This document shows, in pieces, positions 12,633-27,125 of a DNA stretch of 64,000 nt. The position numbers and the translations under genes were made by a program. The DNA comes from Mustelus asterias (Eukaryota): NCBI RefSeq assembly GCF_964213995.1, contig NC_135805.1, forward strand, positions 145,762,001 through 145,826,000, given 5' to 3'. The stretch's first letter is position 1. Each line of letters starts with the position of its first letter. The notes under the pieces are model-generated. The model was not told the DNA's origin. It was given only the letters and a program-made list of their open reading frames with translations, and ran no database searches.

Positions 12633-12897
12633 CACGTATTATATATTGGTGGAATAACTTATTTTCTTTCAATTTATTTATTTCACTGTGTGGCAGTGTG
12701 TACTTAATTCAAATTGCTAGTACTTCAGATGCCAGAGGTTAATTCAATACAGCATTAAACCCCTCAGATTAACCCGCCCTCTCACAGATAAAGAGGTAGC
12801 CCGTCAATTAGCTCATTTTAGTGGGAAGTTAGAGGAATTCTCAGATTCGCCACCAATCGGATGGAGAATGGGTCGCCCTTTCTCAGAGAAAGTGGGT

Positions 12898-12913
12898 GGC
12901 TCTGAAAAGAGCC
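12898..12913 (-). terminator. Histone 3' stem-loop of H2A
   Basis: Reverse complement is GGCTCTTTTCAGAGCC followed by ACCCA and GAGAAAG. Confidence 0.95.
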
Positions 12914-12943
12914 TTTGGGTTGTTAGATTTCAGAGTGGTCGCC

Positions 12944-13381
<438 letters not shown>

Positions 13382-14382
13382 TCACTTCTCTTGTAGCTTG
13401 GGGAGGGATGGCGGTGCACACATTGCTGATTGGCTATGGGGAAAACCTGATAACACCTTCTCCACAAAACCAATCAGATAGCTCTTTCCAGCACCAATCG
13501 GGAAAGGCCAATGTGCTGAGGGTGGAAAGTAAGGGCGCCAAATTTCAACCGATTCTTTATTTCAAATGAGCGCCAAAAAACACAGAAAAAGTCGAGTTGG
13601 AATTGTAACAAAGTTATACGCAATTCAGATTTCAGCTCAAGATTAGAATACACCCCATTTCTCTCCCTAATCTAAAATTTCCCTTTATAAATCAGTTTCT
13701 GGTTTTATGTGTGGGATTTCGGTGTAACTGACAAGAAGTCGCAACTTAATTGAAGGAACATACTGCGGGAAATCTGAATTAAAATCAGAGGGCGGAAAGT
13801 CGGGAGCCACATTTTCAAATTCCAACCGATTAATCTTCACATTTATAATCCCGTCAATGTGTAAAACAAAAAAATCATTCAAATAATAAACCAGCTTTAA
13901 TGTGGAATTTTTTTACATTCAGCCAATCTCTCTTCATCTAGTTTCTGATTGCGTGTGTCTGATTAATGAGAACAGGGCAATAATTGGAAAATAGCGCCAA
14001 ATTAGCAGAATCCCAAAATGTATTATTTTTTAAAATCATGTGAGACCGTCGATACATGTCAGAAACAAGGAAATGCTTTCACCCAGAAAGTCTCCAGAAT
14101 AGTCAACACCGCCTAATGACAATGTTTAGAAATTAGCGTCCATTACTTCACTGGTTCCTATTTTATCAGATTCGCTTTTACAAGCCGGGATACATTTGGG
14201 TTTAATCTCGGTCTTTTTTGAAACCCGCTTTCCTGGGGGCGCTAAATCTCATTTCTAGTACTTTGGACAATAATGGCGTGGATAGTCAACATATTAACAT
14301 TATTATAAAATATTATAATGCCGTCTCCGTGTTGTGGACTGCTGCCTCCTGGCGTCGCGCAAAAGCAGAGAGCACATTTTGG

Positions 14383-14726
14383 GACGGCACGGTAGCACAG
14401 TGGTTAGCACTGCTGCTTCACAGCTCCAGGGTCCCGGGTTCGATTCCCGGCTCGGGTCACTGTCTGTGTGGAGTTTGCACATTCTCCTCGTGTCTGCGTG
14501 GGTTTCCTCCGGGTGCTCCGGTTTCCTCCCACAGTCCAAAGATGTGCGGGTCAGGTTGATTGGCTAGGTTAAAAAAAAAATTGCCCCTTAGAGTCCTGGG
14601 ATGCGTAGGTTAGAGGGATTAGCGGGTAAAATACATGGGGGTAGGGCCTGGGTGGGATTGTGGTCGGTGCAGACTCGATGGGCCGAATGGCCTCCTTCTG
14701 CACTGTAGGGTTTCTATGATTTCTAT
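14383..14726 (+). mobile_element. Full-length HE1-like tRNA-derived SINE with 15-bp TSD
   Basis: tRNA head (GGTAGCACAGTGG...GGTTCGATTCC), conserved central core and CR1-like tail (TTTCTATGA)2. GAGAGCACATTTTGG is duplicated at 14368-14382 and 14727-14741. Confidence 0.92.
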
Positions 14727-15091
14727 GAGAGCACATTTTGGTTTAAATTTGCCAGTATTGAGATTGATGCTTCATAAAACACAGGGGTTTACAGGGAATG
14801 AAATGATTGGTTATGGAGACCAAACAGGAACAGAATTGAATTTGAAACATTTTTCTATTTGCTCTCTCTCCCAACAGACAATGAAAGTGTCCGAATATCA
14901 ACTCCTCTGAGAACAGGGCGCTCAACGGGTTAGTGGGCAGACATTATTCATGGAAAACAGTAAATAGAATCATAGCCAAAACGGCTACTGTGTTATCCAG
15001 AACTTCCTGACTGAAACGCTAATGAAAGACAATTTTAAGTCTATGATTTCTAAAACGATAATAGTATAGCTTTCTCACAGAAGTTGTGGGT

Positions 15092-15107
15092 GGCTCTTAA
15101 AAGAGCC
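15092..15107 (-). terminator. Histone 3' stem-loop of H2B
   Basis: Reverse complement is GGCTCTTTTAAGAGCC-ACCCA, with GAGAAAG downstream. Confidence 0.95.
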
Positions 15108-15151
15108 GTTTGGTTGTTTTGAGTATATTTTTTTCAGTGTATCGTGCAGTT

Positions 15152-15529
15152 TTACTTGGAGCTGGTGTATTTGGTCACCGCCTTTGTCCCCTCCGACACG
15201 GCGTGCTTGGCCAGTTCCCCGGGCAGCAGCAGGCGCACGGCGGTCTGGATCTCCCGGGAGCTGATGGTGCTGCGCTTGTTGTAATGGGCCAGACGGGAAG
15301 CCTCGCCGGCGATGCGCTCGAAGATGTCGTTAACGAACGAGTTCATGATGCTCATGGCCTTGGAGGAGATGCCGGTGTCGGGGTGAACCTGCTTCATCAC
15401 TTTGTAGATGTAGATGCCGTAACTCTCCCTCCTGGACCTCCTCTTCCTCTTGCCGCTTTTCGTTATCGGCTTCTTCTGGGCCTTTTTGGCGCCCTTCTTG
15501 GCAGTCTGGGGTTTCTTTTCTTCAGGCAT
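15152..15529 (-). CDS. H2B: Histone H2B with divergent N-terminal tail
   Basis: Core [18 protein letters not shown]...AVTKYTSSK is canonical. Tail is [33 protein letters not shown]. Confidence 0.97.
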   Translation of the reverse strand: MPEEKKPQTAKKGAKKAQKKPITKSGKRKRRSRRESYGIYIYKVMKQVHPDTGISSKAMSIMNSFVNDIFERIAGEASRLAHYNKRSTISSREIQTAVRLLLPGELAKHAVSEGTKAVTKYTSSK

Positions 15530-15579
15530 GGTGTATGCAAACTGCAGACTCAGAATAACTGAAAGTTCAGTCTGAACTC

Positions 15580-15710
15580 TTCTTTTATCGACTAACCCAG
15601 ACGACTATGCAAATGAAGGATGGGTGAAAGACGTGTTCACCATTGGCTAATCTGTAATGATGCGGGTTTCTTTGCTTATTTGATTGGTTCGTTCAGATAA
15701 CCAATCACAG
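15580..15710 (-). promoter_or_regulatory. H2B promoter (TATA-like, octamer, CCAAT boxes)
   Basis: GATAAAA ~15583-15589, octamer ATTTGCAT 15607-15614, CCAAT at 15642, 15683 and 15701. Same layout at 46021-46155. Confidence 0.8.
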
Positions 15711-15971
15711 TTATTGCTCCTCACATCCACAAATTCTCTGCAGTCACATCCTCCACTCCCCTTGCTGCCTCCTTTTTCAAACGATTTCTTAAATTCCACA
15801 CTCTCTCTGGCAATACCAGCGCATTCTCTCTGCTGGTAAAACCACATCGCTCTATAAAATGCTGCTGATACCGTTCTAACCTCTTCCCTTCCTCACCAGC
15901 AAGGACTGCTCCGCATTTCATCCCGTCGCCTGGATGTCGCAGTCCAGAATATTTGAGATAAATCTCAAAGG

Positions 15972-16180
15972 CTGGTTAGCACTGCTACCTCACAGTGCCC
16001 GGGTTCAATTCCGGCCTCGGGTAATTGTGTGGAGTTTGCACGTTTTCCCCATGCCTGCATGGATTTCCTCCGGGTGCTCCGATTTCCTCCCACACTACAA
16101 AGATGCACAGGTTAAGTTTATTGGTCATGCTAAATTGCCTATTAGTGTCCCAACATGTGTAGGTTCGGGGATTAGTGAAC
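15972..16180 (+). mobile_element. Degenerate tRNA-derived SINE
   Basis: GGTTAGCACTGCT...GGTTCAATTCC...GGATTTCCTCCGGGTGCTCCGATTTCCTCCCAC. Confidence 0.75.
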
Positions 16181-18728
16181 AGATTTTTTTTCCTGTCTTG
16201 TTCCTCGCATTGTAAAGAGGGTTGTACAATGTACCTCTTACAGGAACACAATAAATTGCACAGGATTAGAGCACATGGCCCATCGCTCCTGCCCCACCAT
16301 TCAATGTGATCGTGAATGATGTTGGACTTCACACTGATTTTCAAAACTGTTGTCCCATATCCTTCACCTTCTCAAGAGACTAACCTCTATGGAATATAAT
16401 CCTAATTTACTCAGTCTCTCATCATAGAGCACCCTGAACCCAGGTAACAATTTGGTAACTTTTTGTGAGTATTGTTAACAATAGTAAGCTGGTTCTCCGA
16501 TTTCTTTATGGGATTGTGGGTTTTAGAATTTATGGTTCCACAAGTGGGTGTTCCTATTGTTTGTCTCACTGAGACAATAAAGTTTTCCTTCTATATCAAT
16601 CAGTCTGCTGTACTCTGCATGTTGTTTTCCACTCTTGACAGTTGAAATCCTATGGTTTGACGATTGCTCTTAAGAAATGTATAATAGGGTGTTCCTTCTA
16701 TGAGTTCTCCTCCCTGTGAATGCTGAACGATTTGCATTACTCTGCACACACCATTTTCACATCTTATATATGAAGTTGTGTATTTTATATCTCCTATCAC
16801 TCAGTATTTGTAATGTAGCAAAACTGCGATGAAGTCCGTCTCTAAAATTATCTGAGAGTGGGTTCCAGCTGAACCTGTCTGGAACAATGTGAAGTTGAAG
16901 TTGATTGTGATTCAGTCAAAACATTTGATTTAGATTTTTTTCGTGTCATTCAATCTGTGGCGTGCTATTTGACTATGGATTCAGCTCTGTGTCTATTGGA
17001 CTTTGAAAAGCATTGACTGCAAATATTACTGTGGTTATCGCTTTTCAGTTTATTGGAGATTCTGAGAGTGTGGACATGATTCTCGATCTTTCCCTCTCTC
17101 AAAGCAAATAGGAGTGTGGATTAATTCAGTTCTCATCAAGTTCCAGCTGACATTGAGTGTATGATTCATTTAAATATCCTGTGTTTCTCCTGTTGGATGT
17201 TAATGTGCCACTATCTGAGTTTTTCAGTACCTTATACATTGCATCCTTTATGGACCACATTGCATTTCATTGGAGGATAGATTCTGTATTCAGGCGGGCG
17301 TGATATGAACAACATTCTTCAGTTTCAGAGAGTGTAAGTGAATGTGGGATTTATTATATAGATTTCAGCCTTAGCAGTTTCAATAACTGAGGGCAGCATC
17401 CTCAATCTGTCAGCCTCTAGTACAGTGTGTAGATGTAGGGATCTTTCTGTCATTGTTTCTTTCTCTGATATGATTTGGAAGGTATTATTCTTGTGTCTGT
17501 CTGAGGCAAGAATTTGAATGGCAGACTCATTTTGCAGCTATGATTCTGTGATTGTTGAAATAAGTGTTTTCAATCTGTATCCGTTTTCTTGTATATAAGT
17601 GTGGGATATTTTGTATCTGAGCTTTGTTAACTCAGACATTGTGCTGGAATTTACTCATTAAACACCCTAACATATCAATATCTGTTTGATATAATTTATA
17701 ATATGGATTTGATGTATGTTATAGTAATAGATTAATCCCACTAACTGTATTTGAGTTGTGGAATGGTATTTAGTTTGAAACTATATGAATAATAAAATGT
17801 GGATATGTCAATCTGATCCATGGTCTCACATGTAATTCCTGCAGTGTGCAGTGAAGGGATTGTCATTTCTCTTTCAGTTTTCTATAATGTGCTGGGATTT
17901 TTTTTTAAATGTTGACTGGTATGCAACATGTGGCCTTGGCTGAATTCTCGGGCAATTTATATAGCTTCTGTCTATAAATTATACTTTGTCCATTCTAGCG
18001 ACAGATTACTATTTCATTTCTGACCAATGCCACACAGGATTTTTAAATCAGCATTTTTAAAATCTGTGATTGAAGTTTGCTCCTCTCACCTCGGTTCGAG
18101 GGAAACTTTTTTTAAAGAAGTCGCCAAACGGTGCAGTTTAACTCTTGGGTTGAAAAGTGATCTCTGTCCTTGGGAATAGTGTGGGGCTGAAAAATTATAA
18201 TCTGATGATCTGGCTGTATCTGTGTACTTTATGAGTGACACTTTATCCACTTTGTCTCGGAATTAGCTCAACATTTCAGGTGTTTTATGTTCAGTCTTTT
18301 TTAAGTTGATGTTATTATGTATCTACCTGAATAATTGACTTTAGCAGGCATCAGGAGAATCCATTGCCCGGGTTTGCTTACGTTTTTCATGTATGTTTCA
18401 GCTAATTACTATTCTGATGATTATTTTTGACTTCAGATTCATTTATCAATTTACAGGTTGTAACTTTTGTTACAACAAAGTTTCCATTCAAGAAACAGAA
18501 TTTTATATTGAAAACACTTTTATGATAAGACTATTTTGATCTTATTTTAACTGTGACCTCCTTCAAAGCTGGAAATATTTAATTAAATGTATGAAAAGTA
18601 TACAAAATATGGGACCACTGCAAAAGTTGGGAATCAAACTATGGTCAGTGGCTTGGAAGGCAGCCCTTCTCACAGCTATCTGATCATTGTACTTCACGCC
18701 ATGCTACACGCTCTGTATTTATAGAAAG

Positions 18729-19080
18729 CAGTAAGAAGTTTAACAACACCAGGTTAAAGACCAACAGGTTTATTTGGTAGCAAAAACCACACAAGCTTTC
18801 GGAGCTCCAAGCCCCTTCTTCAGGTGAGTGGGAATTCTGTTCACAAACAGGGCATATAAAGACACAGACTCAATTTACATGAATAATGGTTGGAATGCGA
18901 ATACTTACAGCTAGTCAAGTCTTTAAGATACAAACAACGTGAGTGGAGAGAGCATCAAGACAGGCTAAAAAGATGTGTATTGTCTCCAGACAAGACAGCC
19001 AGTGAAACTCTGCAGGTCCAGGCAAGCTGTGGGGGTTACAAATAGTGTGACATGAACCCAATATCCCGGTTGAGGCCGGG
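18729..19080 (-). mobile_element. Penelope-like fragment with intact minimal hammerhead motif
   Basis: Same family as 23866-24695. TATTTATAGAAAGC is duplicated at 18716-18729 and 19082-19095. Reverse complement of 18790-18826 is CAC CTGAAGA A GGGGC TTGGA GCTCC GAAA GCTT GTG. Confidence 0.8.
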
Positions 19081-19979
19081 ATATTTATAGAAAGCTTCAT
19101 ACCCTCAATTTTTAGAACTTAAAATTTGATGAATATAATGATTTGCGAACAGTTGAATTTGACGGTATCAATTTCCTGTTCCTTTACTCCAAGTTAAAAT
19201 GTTTCTGAATATGTAACTTGTTGTATGGCTCATTGTCAACCAGCAGATGGCACCAACAGTCCACAATATGTTGGATCTTGCGCCTGTGAACACAAACTGG
19301 AAAGCAGTGGGCCGAATGCTGCACTTCGAGCTGGTACGTTCATGTGTGTACAGTGGGGTTGAAGTTTCTGCACCTATTTTTTGTTTGGGAGAATGTCTTC
19401 TCTTCTACATGTTTTAAATGAGGCCAAGTGCATGTGGGATCCCTCTGTGTCTGTCAATTTCCATTAATCTTACTGTGGGTTTTGAACATTATGTTTTTGT
19501 ATGGGAATTTTACTCTGCACATTTTTAATTGCTGCTGTGCAAAAATTGGAGATACTTGGTATATGTGTCAATGACTGTGAGTTTTATTCTAAACTTAGAA
19601 TTCTCTGTAACTTGAACATGGCTGTTATTCTGCAAAAAATGTGGCTAATTAGGAGCTATGTGCTTTAATTCACTATGTTTCTGAAATGTATAATGTTTCT
19701 GATATGAGTGGGTTTGATTTATTTATTTTTTAACTTTTTAGTATGTAACTGCAATTTTATATTATCTTTGTAAATGTCACGGTCATATATGTGTCCATGA
19801 ATTTATTCTGTGTCCCTTGGTAATGGTAAATGAATGAGGATTTCATCATTTCCTGTGAATCTCTGGTATGAAACTGTAGGGGTTTAAGCTTTGCCTTTTG
19901 GATTCTAGTGTCTGGGTATTGCTTTTCCTTCACGTCTTCATTTCCAGTTTTATTGTAAAACTCTCATATTTGAGTTCCA

Positions 19980-21462
19980 TATTTGAGGTCGTCGTTGGCC
20001 TCTGGTATAGTACCAGAAGATTGGAGGTTAGCGAATGTTGTCCCATTGTTTAAGAAGGGGAACAGAGACTTCCCCGGGAATTATAGACCGGTGAGTCTCA
20101 CTTCTGTTGTCGGCAAGATGTTGGAAAAAATTATAAGGGATAGGATTTATAGTTATTTGGAGAGTAATGAATTGATAGGTGATAGTCAGCATGGTTTTGT
20201 GGCAGGTAGGTCGTGCCTTACTAACCTTATTGAGTTTTTTGAGAAAGTGACCAAGGAGGTGGATGGGGGCAAGGCAGTGGACGTGGTATATATGGATTTT
20301 AGTAAGGCGTTTGATAAGGTTCACCATGGTAGGCTTCTGCAGAAAATGCAGATGTATGGGATTGGGGGTGATCTAGGAAATTGGATCAGGAATTGGCTAG
20401 CGGATAGGAAACAGAGGGTGGTGGTTGATAGTAAATATTCATCATGGAGTGCGGTTACAAGTGGTGTACCTCAGGGATCTGTTTTGGGGCCACTGCTGTT
20501 TGTAATATTTATTAATGATCTGGATGAGGGTATAGTTGGGTGGATTAGCAAATTTGCTGATGACACCAAAGTCGGTGGTGTGGTAGACAGTGAGGAAGGG
20601 TGTCGTAGTTTGCAGGAAGACTTAGACAGGTTGCAAAGTTGGGCCGAGAGGTGGCGGATGGAGTTTAATGCGGAGAAGTGTGAGGTAATTCACTTTGGTA
20701 GGAATAACAGATGTGTTGAGTATAGGGCTAACGGGAGGACTTTGAATAGTGTGGAGGAGCAGAGGGATCTAGGTGTATGTGTGCATAGATCCCTGAAAGT
20801 TGGGAATCAAGTAGATAAGGTTGTTAAGAAGGCATATGGTGTCTTGGCGTTTATTGGTAGGGGGATTGAATTTAGGAGTCGTAGCGTTATGTTGCAACTG
20901 TACACAACTCTGGTGCGGCCGCACTTGGAGTACTGTGTGCAGTTCTGGTCCCCACATTACAGGAAGGATGTGGAGGCTTTGGAGAGGGTGCAGAGGAGGT
21001 TTACCAGGATGTTGCCTGGTATGGAGGGGAGATCCTATGAGGAGAGGCTGAGGAATTTGGGATTGTTTTCGCTGGAAAGGCGGCGGCTAAGAGGGGATCT
21101 TATTGAAACATATAAGATGATTAGAGGTTTAGATAGGGTGGATAGTGATAGCCTTTTTCCTCTGATGGAGAAATCCAGCATGAGGGGGCATGGCTTTAAA
21201 TTGACGGGGGGGTAGTTATAGAACCGATGTCAGGGGTAGGTTCTTTACCCAGAGGGTGGTGAGGGATTGGAATGCCCTGCCAGCATCAGTAGTAAATGCG
21301 CCTAGTTTGGGGGCGTTTAAGAGATCCGTAGATAGGTTCATGGACGAAAAGAAATTGGTTTAGGTTGGAGGGTCACAGTTTTTTTTTTTTTAACTGGTCG
21401 GTGCAACATCGTGGGCCGAAGGGCCTGTTCTGCGCTGTAATGTTCTATGTTCTATGTTCTAT
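19980..21462 (+). mobile_element. Young 5'-truncated CR1 LINE
   Basis: 410-aa open RT frame (19983-21215) and (TTCTATG)n tail. Near-identical to 50185-51520. Confidence 0.95.
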
Positions 21463-22729
21463 ATTAATTTTGTACCGTTCAATTTACAATGTGTGCATCC
21501 ACCTTTCTCACCAGTGCCTCCCAGTTGCCCTGCTTACTCAGCTCTCTACCTCTCAGTCGCTGTGTTATATTTATGTATTTTATTTTGTACCCTTGTTTTG
21601 TGGGAAGGAAGAGTAATTTTGCTTCATATTTCTCCTCTATGATCCTATTACACTGCATATGATGGTTTTTGCAATGTCTGATTTTCCTGAGATATGTACA
21701 TGTCAAAGCTTGTTTGGCAGACGATAATGTTTTGTCCATAACATTGGGATTTTCATTTGTCATAACACTACATGGCATTTGTCATAATACATTAAAAATT
21801 TGAATGCAACTTCTGAACAGTCATGGAAATTTTCAGTTGTGAGAAATTGACTTCTTTCTGCATTTATTTCATCTCAGTTCCTGATGTGTAAACGTGACAT
21901 TGGCACATTTCCTGTCAGCTTCTGGTAATTGAGGGTTGGTGTTTCATTGTCCATGGGCATTTCTGGTTTTGAGTAACTGTTTTGTTTTGAAACAGAGACT
22001 TGTTTGTACATGAGTGCTGTTTCTTTTTGCATTCCTTCTCTCTGTCAGTTTCTGGCATGTGGATGTGAGAGTTATTCTGCATCTGTCAATAACTGATTTG
22101 ATTTTAGTCAGCATGTCAGTTTTGGCTATGTATGTAGCTTGTGAATATCAATGGATCATGAGCTTTCTCAGGATCTGAAGTGTGGGAATGTTTTTACATC
22201 CTTTAATATAATTTGTTTGAGTGTCAATTTAAGTTTGCATCCAACAGTAAATGCAAGATGTTTTCCGTGTCTTTTAGCACACGTGTGTCTTGTGCTTATG
22301 AATCTGTGTGTTCTATTAATATCTGTGGACTATTGTTGGTGTATGGACATTTGTTTTGAAGTCAGTATTCAATTTGTGAATGTTCATGTTTATCAGCAAT
22401 CATCAATATATTTCCTGGTGGTGTGGCTTTATTCCATACTTATGACATTTTAAATCAAACATTTCTGTTTAACATTTCACACCAGAGCCTTGGCAACTGA
22501 TAGCTTCTGGCTTGCAAGTGAGAGTGTTCTCCATTTTAATTTGCACTAGAAACTTTTCATTGTGACTCTTTGTAATGCAGCCATAATTTTAGGTGTCCAG
22601 AACTCCAACAATCTGTTCTGGCCCCCTATACCAAAACTATAGATAACAAAGCCCACCAATGCCTCTACGTTCTCAGAAGATTAAGGAAATTTGGCATGTC
22701 GGCTCTGACTCTCACCAATTTTAACAGAT

Positions 22730-25109
22730 AAAGAACAAAGAAAATTACAGCACATAAACAAGCCCGTCGGCTCTCCTAGCCTGCACCGACCATGCTGCCC
22801 GACTTAACTAAAACCCCCTATCCTTCCAGGGAACATATCCTGCTATTCCCATCCTATTCATGTATTTGTGAAAACGCCCCTTAAAAGTCACTATTGTATC
22901 CGCTTCCAATACCTCCCCCGGCAGCAAGTTCCAGGCACCCACCACCCTCTGTGTGCAAAATCTGCCTTGTACATCTCCTTTAAACATTGCGCTTTGCACC
23001 TTAAACCTGTGCCCCCTAGCAATTGACCCTTTCACCCTGGGAAAAAGCTTCTGACTATCCACTTCATCCATGCCTCTTGTAATCTTGTAGACTTCTATCA
23101 GGTCACCTCTCAACCTCCGTGGTTCCAGTGAGAACAAACCAAGTTTCTCCAACCTCTCCTCATAGCTAATGCTCTCCATACCAGGCAACATCCTGGTAAA
23201 TCTTTTCTGCACCCTCTCCAAAGCCTCCACATCCTTCTGGCAGTGTGGCGACCAGAATTGAACACTATATTCCAAGTGCAGCCTAACAAAGGTTCTATAA
23301 AGCTGCAACATCAATTACGAATTTTTAAACTCAATGCCCCGGCCGATGAAGGCAAGCATGCCGTATGCCTTCTTGACTACCTTCTCCACTTGCATTGTCA
23401 CTTTCACTGACCTGTGTACCTGTACACACAGATCTCTTTGGCTATCAATACTCTTAAGGGTTCTGCCATTTACTGTATACTTCCTATCTGTATTAGACCT
23501 TCCAAAATGCATTACCTCACATTTGTCTGGATTAAACCCCATCGGCCATCTCTCTGACCATGTCTTCAACTGGTCTATATCCTGCTGTATCCTCTGATGG
23601 TCCTCATCGCTATCTGCAAATCCACCAACCTTTGTGTCATCCACAAACTTACCAATCAAACCAGTTACATTGTCCTCCATATCATTTACATACATTACAA
23701 ACAGCAAAGGTCCCAGCACTGATCCCTGAGAAACGCCACTTGTCACAGCCCTCCATTCAGAAACGCACCCTTCCACTGCTACCCTCTGTCTTCTTTGACC
23801 TTGCCAGCTCCCCTCTGATCCCATGTGACTTCACCTTCTGCACAAGTCTGCCATGAGGGACTTTTGATGTGGAGATGCCGGCGTTGGACTGGGGTAAACA
23901 CAGTAAGAAGTCTCACAACACAAGGTTAAAGTCCAACAGGTTTATTTGGTAGTAAAAGACACAAGCTTTCGGAGCGCTCGCTGCTCCTTCATCAGGTAAG
24001 TGGGAGTTCTGTTCACAAACAGGGCATATAAAGACACAAACTCAATTCACAAAATAATGGTTGGAATGCGAGTCTTTACAGGTAATCAAGTCTGAAAGGT
24101 ACAGACAATGTGAGTGGAGAGAGGGTTAAGCACAGGTTAAAGAGATGTGTATTGTCTCCAGCTGGGACAGTTCATGAGATTTTGCAAGCCCAGGCAAGTC
24201 AATTGGGCCACAGACAGTGCAACATGAACCCAAGATCCCAGCCGAGGCCGTCCCCATGTGTGCAGAACTTGGCCATCAGTCTCTGCCCAACGACTCTGCA
24301 TTGTCGTGTGTCATGAAGGCCGCCTTGGAGAATGCCCACCCGAAGATCAGAAGCTGGATGCCCATGACCGCTGAAGTGTTCCCCAACAGGAAGAGAACAC
24401 TCCTGCCTGGTGACTGTCGAGCGGTGTTCATTCATCTGCTGTCGCAATACACATCTCTTTAACCTGTGCTTAACCCTCTCTCCACTCACATTGTCTGTAC
24501 CTTTAAGACTTGATTACCTGTAAAGACTCGCATTCCAACCATTATTTTGTAAATTGAGTTTGTGTCTTTATATGCCCTGTTTGTGAACAGAACTCCCACT
24601 CACCTGATGAAGGAGCAGCGCTCTGAAAGCTAGTGGCTTTTGCTACCAAATAAACCTGTTGGAATTTAACCTGGTGTTGTGAGACTTCTTACTGTGCCTC
24701 CCCTGTAGCCAGTGAGGATACAAAGATTTCTCTCAAGGCTCCAGCAATTTCCTCCCTTGCCTCTCTAAGTATTCTGGGGTATATCCCACCAGGCCCAGGG
24801 GACCTGTCTACCTTAATGTTTCTCAAGAACCCCAATACCTCCTCCTTTTTCATCTCAACATGGCTCAAACTATCCACACATCATTTCCCAGACTCATCAT
24901 CCACCAAGTCCTTTTCTTTGGTGAATACTGACGCCAAATACTTATTTAACACCTCGCCTATGCTCCACGCATAGATTCCCTCCCTTGTCCTTGAGTGGGC
25001 CAACCCTCTTGCTCTTTATATATGTATAAAAAGCCTTGGGATTTTCCTTAATCCTGCTGGCAAATGCTTTTTCGTGACCACTTAAGTAGCCCTCCTTACT
25101 CCTTAAGTT
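22730..25109 (-). mobile_element. CR1 LINE, decayed, containing a Penelope-like insertion
   Basis: ORFs 22808-23314, 23315-23824, 24689-24877 and 24942-25139 are CR1 ORF2 segments. Confidence 0.88.
23866..24695 (-). mobile_element. Penelope-like retroelement fragment with inverted terminal arm
   Basis: ORF 24199-24489 (RQQMNEHRST...PVGEHFSGHGH...LRVGILQGG...LMAKFCTHGDGL) resembles the GIY-YIG endonuclease C-terminus. 24445-24695 is an inverted copy of ~23900-24152. Hammerhead motifs in both arms. Confidence 0.85.
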
Positions 25110-25209
25110 TCTAGAAAGCATACAATCAGGCTGCATCACAGCTTGCTATGGCTCCTGCTCTGCCCAAGACTGCAAGAAACTACAAAAAGTCATGAAAGTC
25201 GCCCAATCA

Positions 25210-27125
25210 AAGCGATAAAGAAAGGAAAGATAGATTATGAAACTAAACTAGCTCTAAACATTTAAAAAATAGTAAACGTCTTTACAAATATATAAAAATG
25301 AATAGAGTGGCTCGAGTGAATGTTGGACCTTTGGAGGACGAGAGGGGGGATTTAATAGTGGAAAACGAGGAAATGGCTGAGACTTTAAATAGGTTTTTTG
25401 TGTCGGTCTTCACGGTGGAAGACACAAATAGTTTACCAAATATTAATGATCGAGTGTTGGTAGGAGGAGAAGTACTCAATACAATTATTGTTACTCGAGA
25501 GGCAGTGCTTGGTAGACTAACGGGACTGAAGGTGGACAAGTCCCCGGGCCTGGATGGAATGCATCCCAGGGTGCTGAAAGAAATATCAGAGGTAATAGCG
25601 GATGCGTTAGTGGTTATTTATCAAAATCACTGGACTCTGGGGTAGTACCAGCTGATTGGAAAATGGCTACTGTTACGCCGCTGTTTAAAAAAGGAAGTAG
25701 ACAAAAGGCGGGTAACTACAGGCCGGTTAGCTTAACATCTGTAGTTGGGAAAATGCTGGAATCCATCATTAAAGAAGAAATAGCAGGCAATCTGGATAAG
25801 AATGGTTCGATCAAGCAGACGTAGCGTGGATTCATGAGAGGAAAGTCGTGTTTGACGAACTTACTGGATTTTTATGAAAATGTGACTAGTGCGGTTGATG
25901 GAGGGGAACCGGTAGATGTGGTGTTTTTGGATTTCCAAAAGGCATTCGATAAGGTGCCTCACAAAAGGTTGCTGCAGAAGATTGGGGCACACGGAGTTGG
26001 GGGTCGGGTGTTAGCGTGGATTGGGGATTGGCTATCCAACAGGAAGCAGAGAGTTGGAATAAATGGGTTCTTTTCTGGTTGGCAGATGGTGACTAGTGGC
26101 GTGCCGCAGGGATCGCTGCTGGGGCCTCAACTGTTTACTATTTACATAGATGATCTGGAGGTGGGGACTGAGTGTAGGGTAACAAAGTTTGCTGACGACA
26201 CCAAGATAAGTGGGAAAGTGAATTGTGTGGAGGAAGTGGAAGGTCTGCAGAGAGAATTGAATAGGCTGAGTGAGTGGGCGAGGATCTGGCAGATGGAGTA
26301 TAACGTTGGCAAATGCGAGGTTATTCACTTTGGAAGAAATAATAGCAAATTGGATTATTATTTAAATAGAAAGAAATTACAACATGCTACTGTGCAAAGG
26401 GACCTGGGGGTCCTTGTGCATGAGTCACAAAAACTCAGTCTGCAAGTACAACAGGTGATCAAGAAGGCAAATGGGATGTTGGCATTTATCGCGAGGGGGA
26501 TAGAATATAAAAGCAGAGAAGACTTGCTGCATCTGTACAAGGCATTGGTGAGGCCACAGCTGGAATACTGTGTGTAGTTTTGGTCCCCTTACTTGCGAAA
26601 GGATATATTGGCCTTGGAGGGAGTGCAGAGAAGGTTCACCAGGTTGATACCGGAGATGAGGGGTGTAGATTATGAGGAGAGATTGAGCAGATTAGGTTTG
26701 TACTCGTTGGAGTTTAGAAGGCTGAGGGGTGATCTTATAGAGGCATATAAGACATTGAAGGGGCTGGATAGGGTAGAAGTGGAGAGATTCTTTCCACTTA
26801 GGAAGGAAACCAGAACTAGAGGGCACAGCCTCAAAATAAAGGGGGGTCAGTTTAGGACAGAGTTGAGGAGGAACTTCTTCTCTCAGAGGGTGGTGAGTCT
26901 CTGGAATTCTCTGCCCACTGAAGTGGTGGAGGCTACCTCGTTGAATATGTTTAAGTCACGGATAGATGGATTTCTGATCGGTAGGGGAATTAAGGGTTAT
27001 GGGGAGCAGATGGGTAAGTGGAACTGATTCACTTCAGATCAGCCATGCTCTTGTTGAATGGCGGGGCAAGCTCGAGGGGCTATGTGGCCTACTCCTGCTC
27101 CTATTTCTTATGTTCTTATGTTCTT
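25210..27125 (+). mobile_element. CR1 LINE, 5'-truncated with stops and a frameshift
   Basis: ORFs 25298-25645, 25834-26577 and 26593-27027 carry RT motifs. (TTCTTATG)n tail. Confidence 0.92.
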
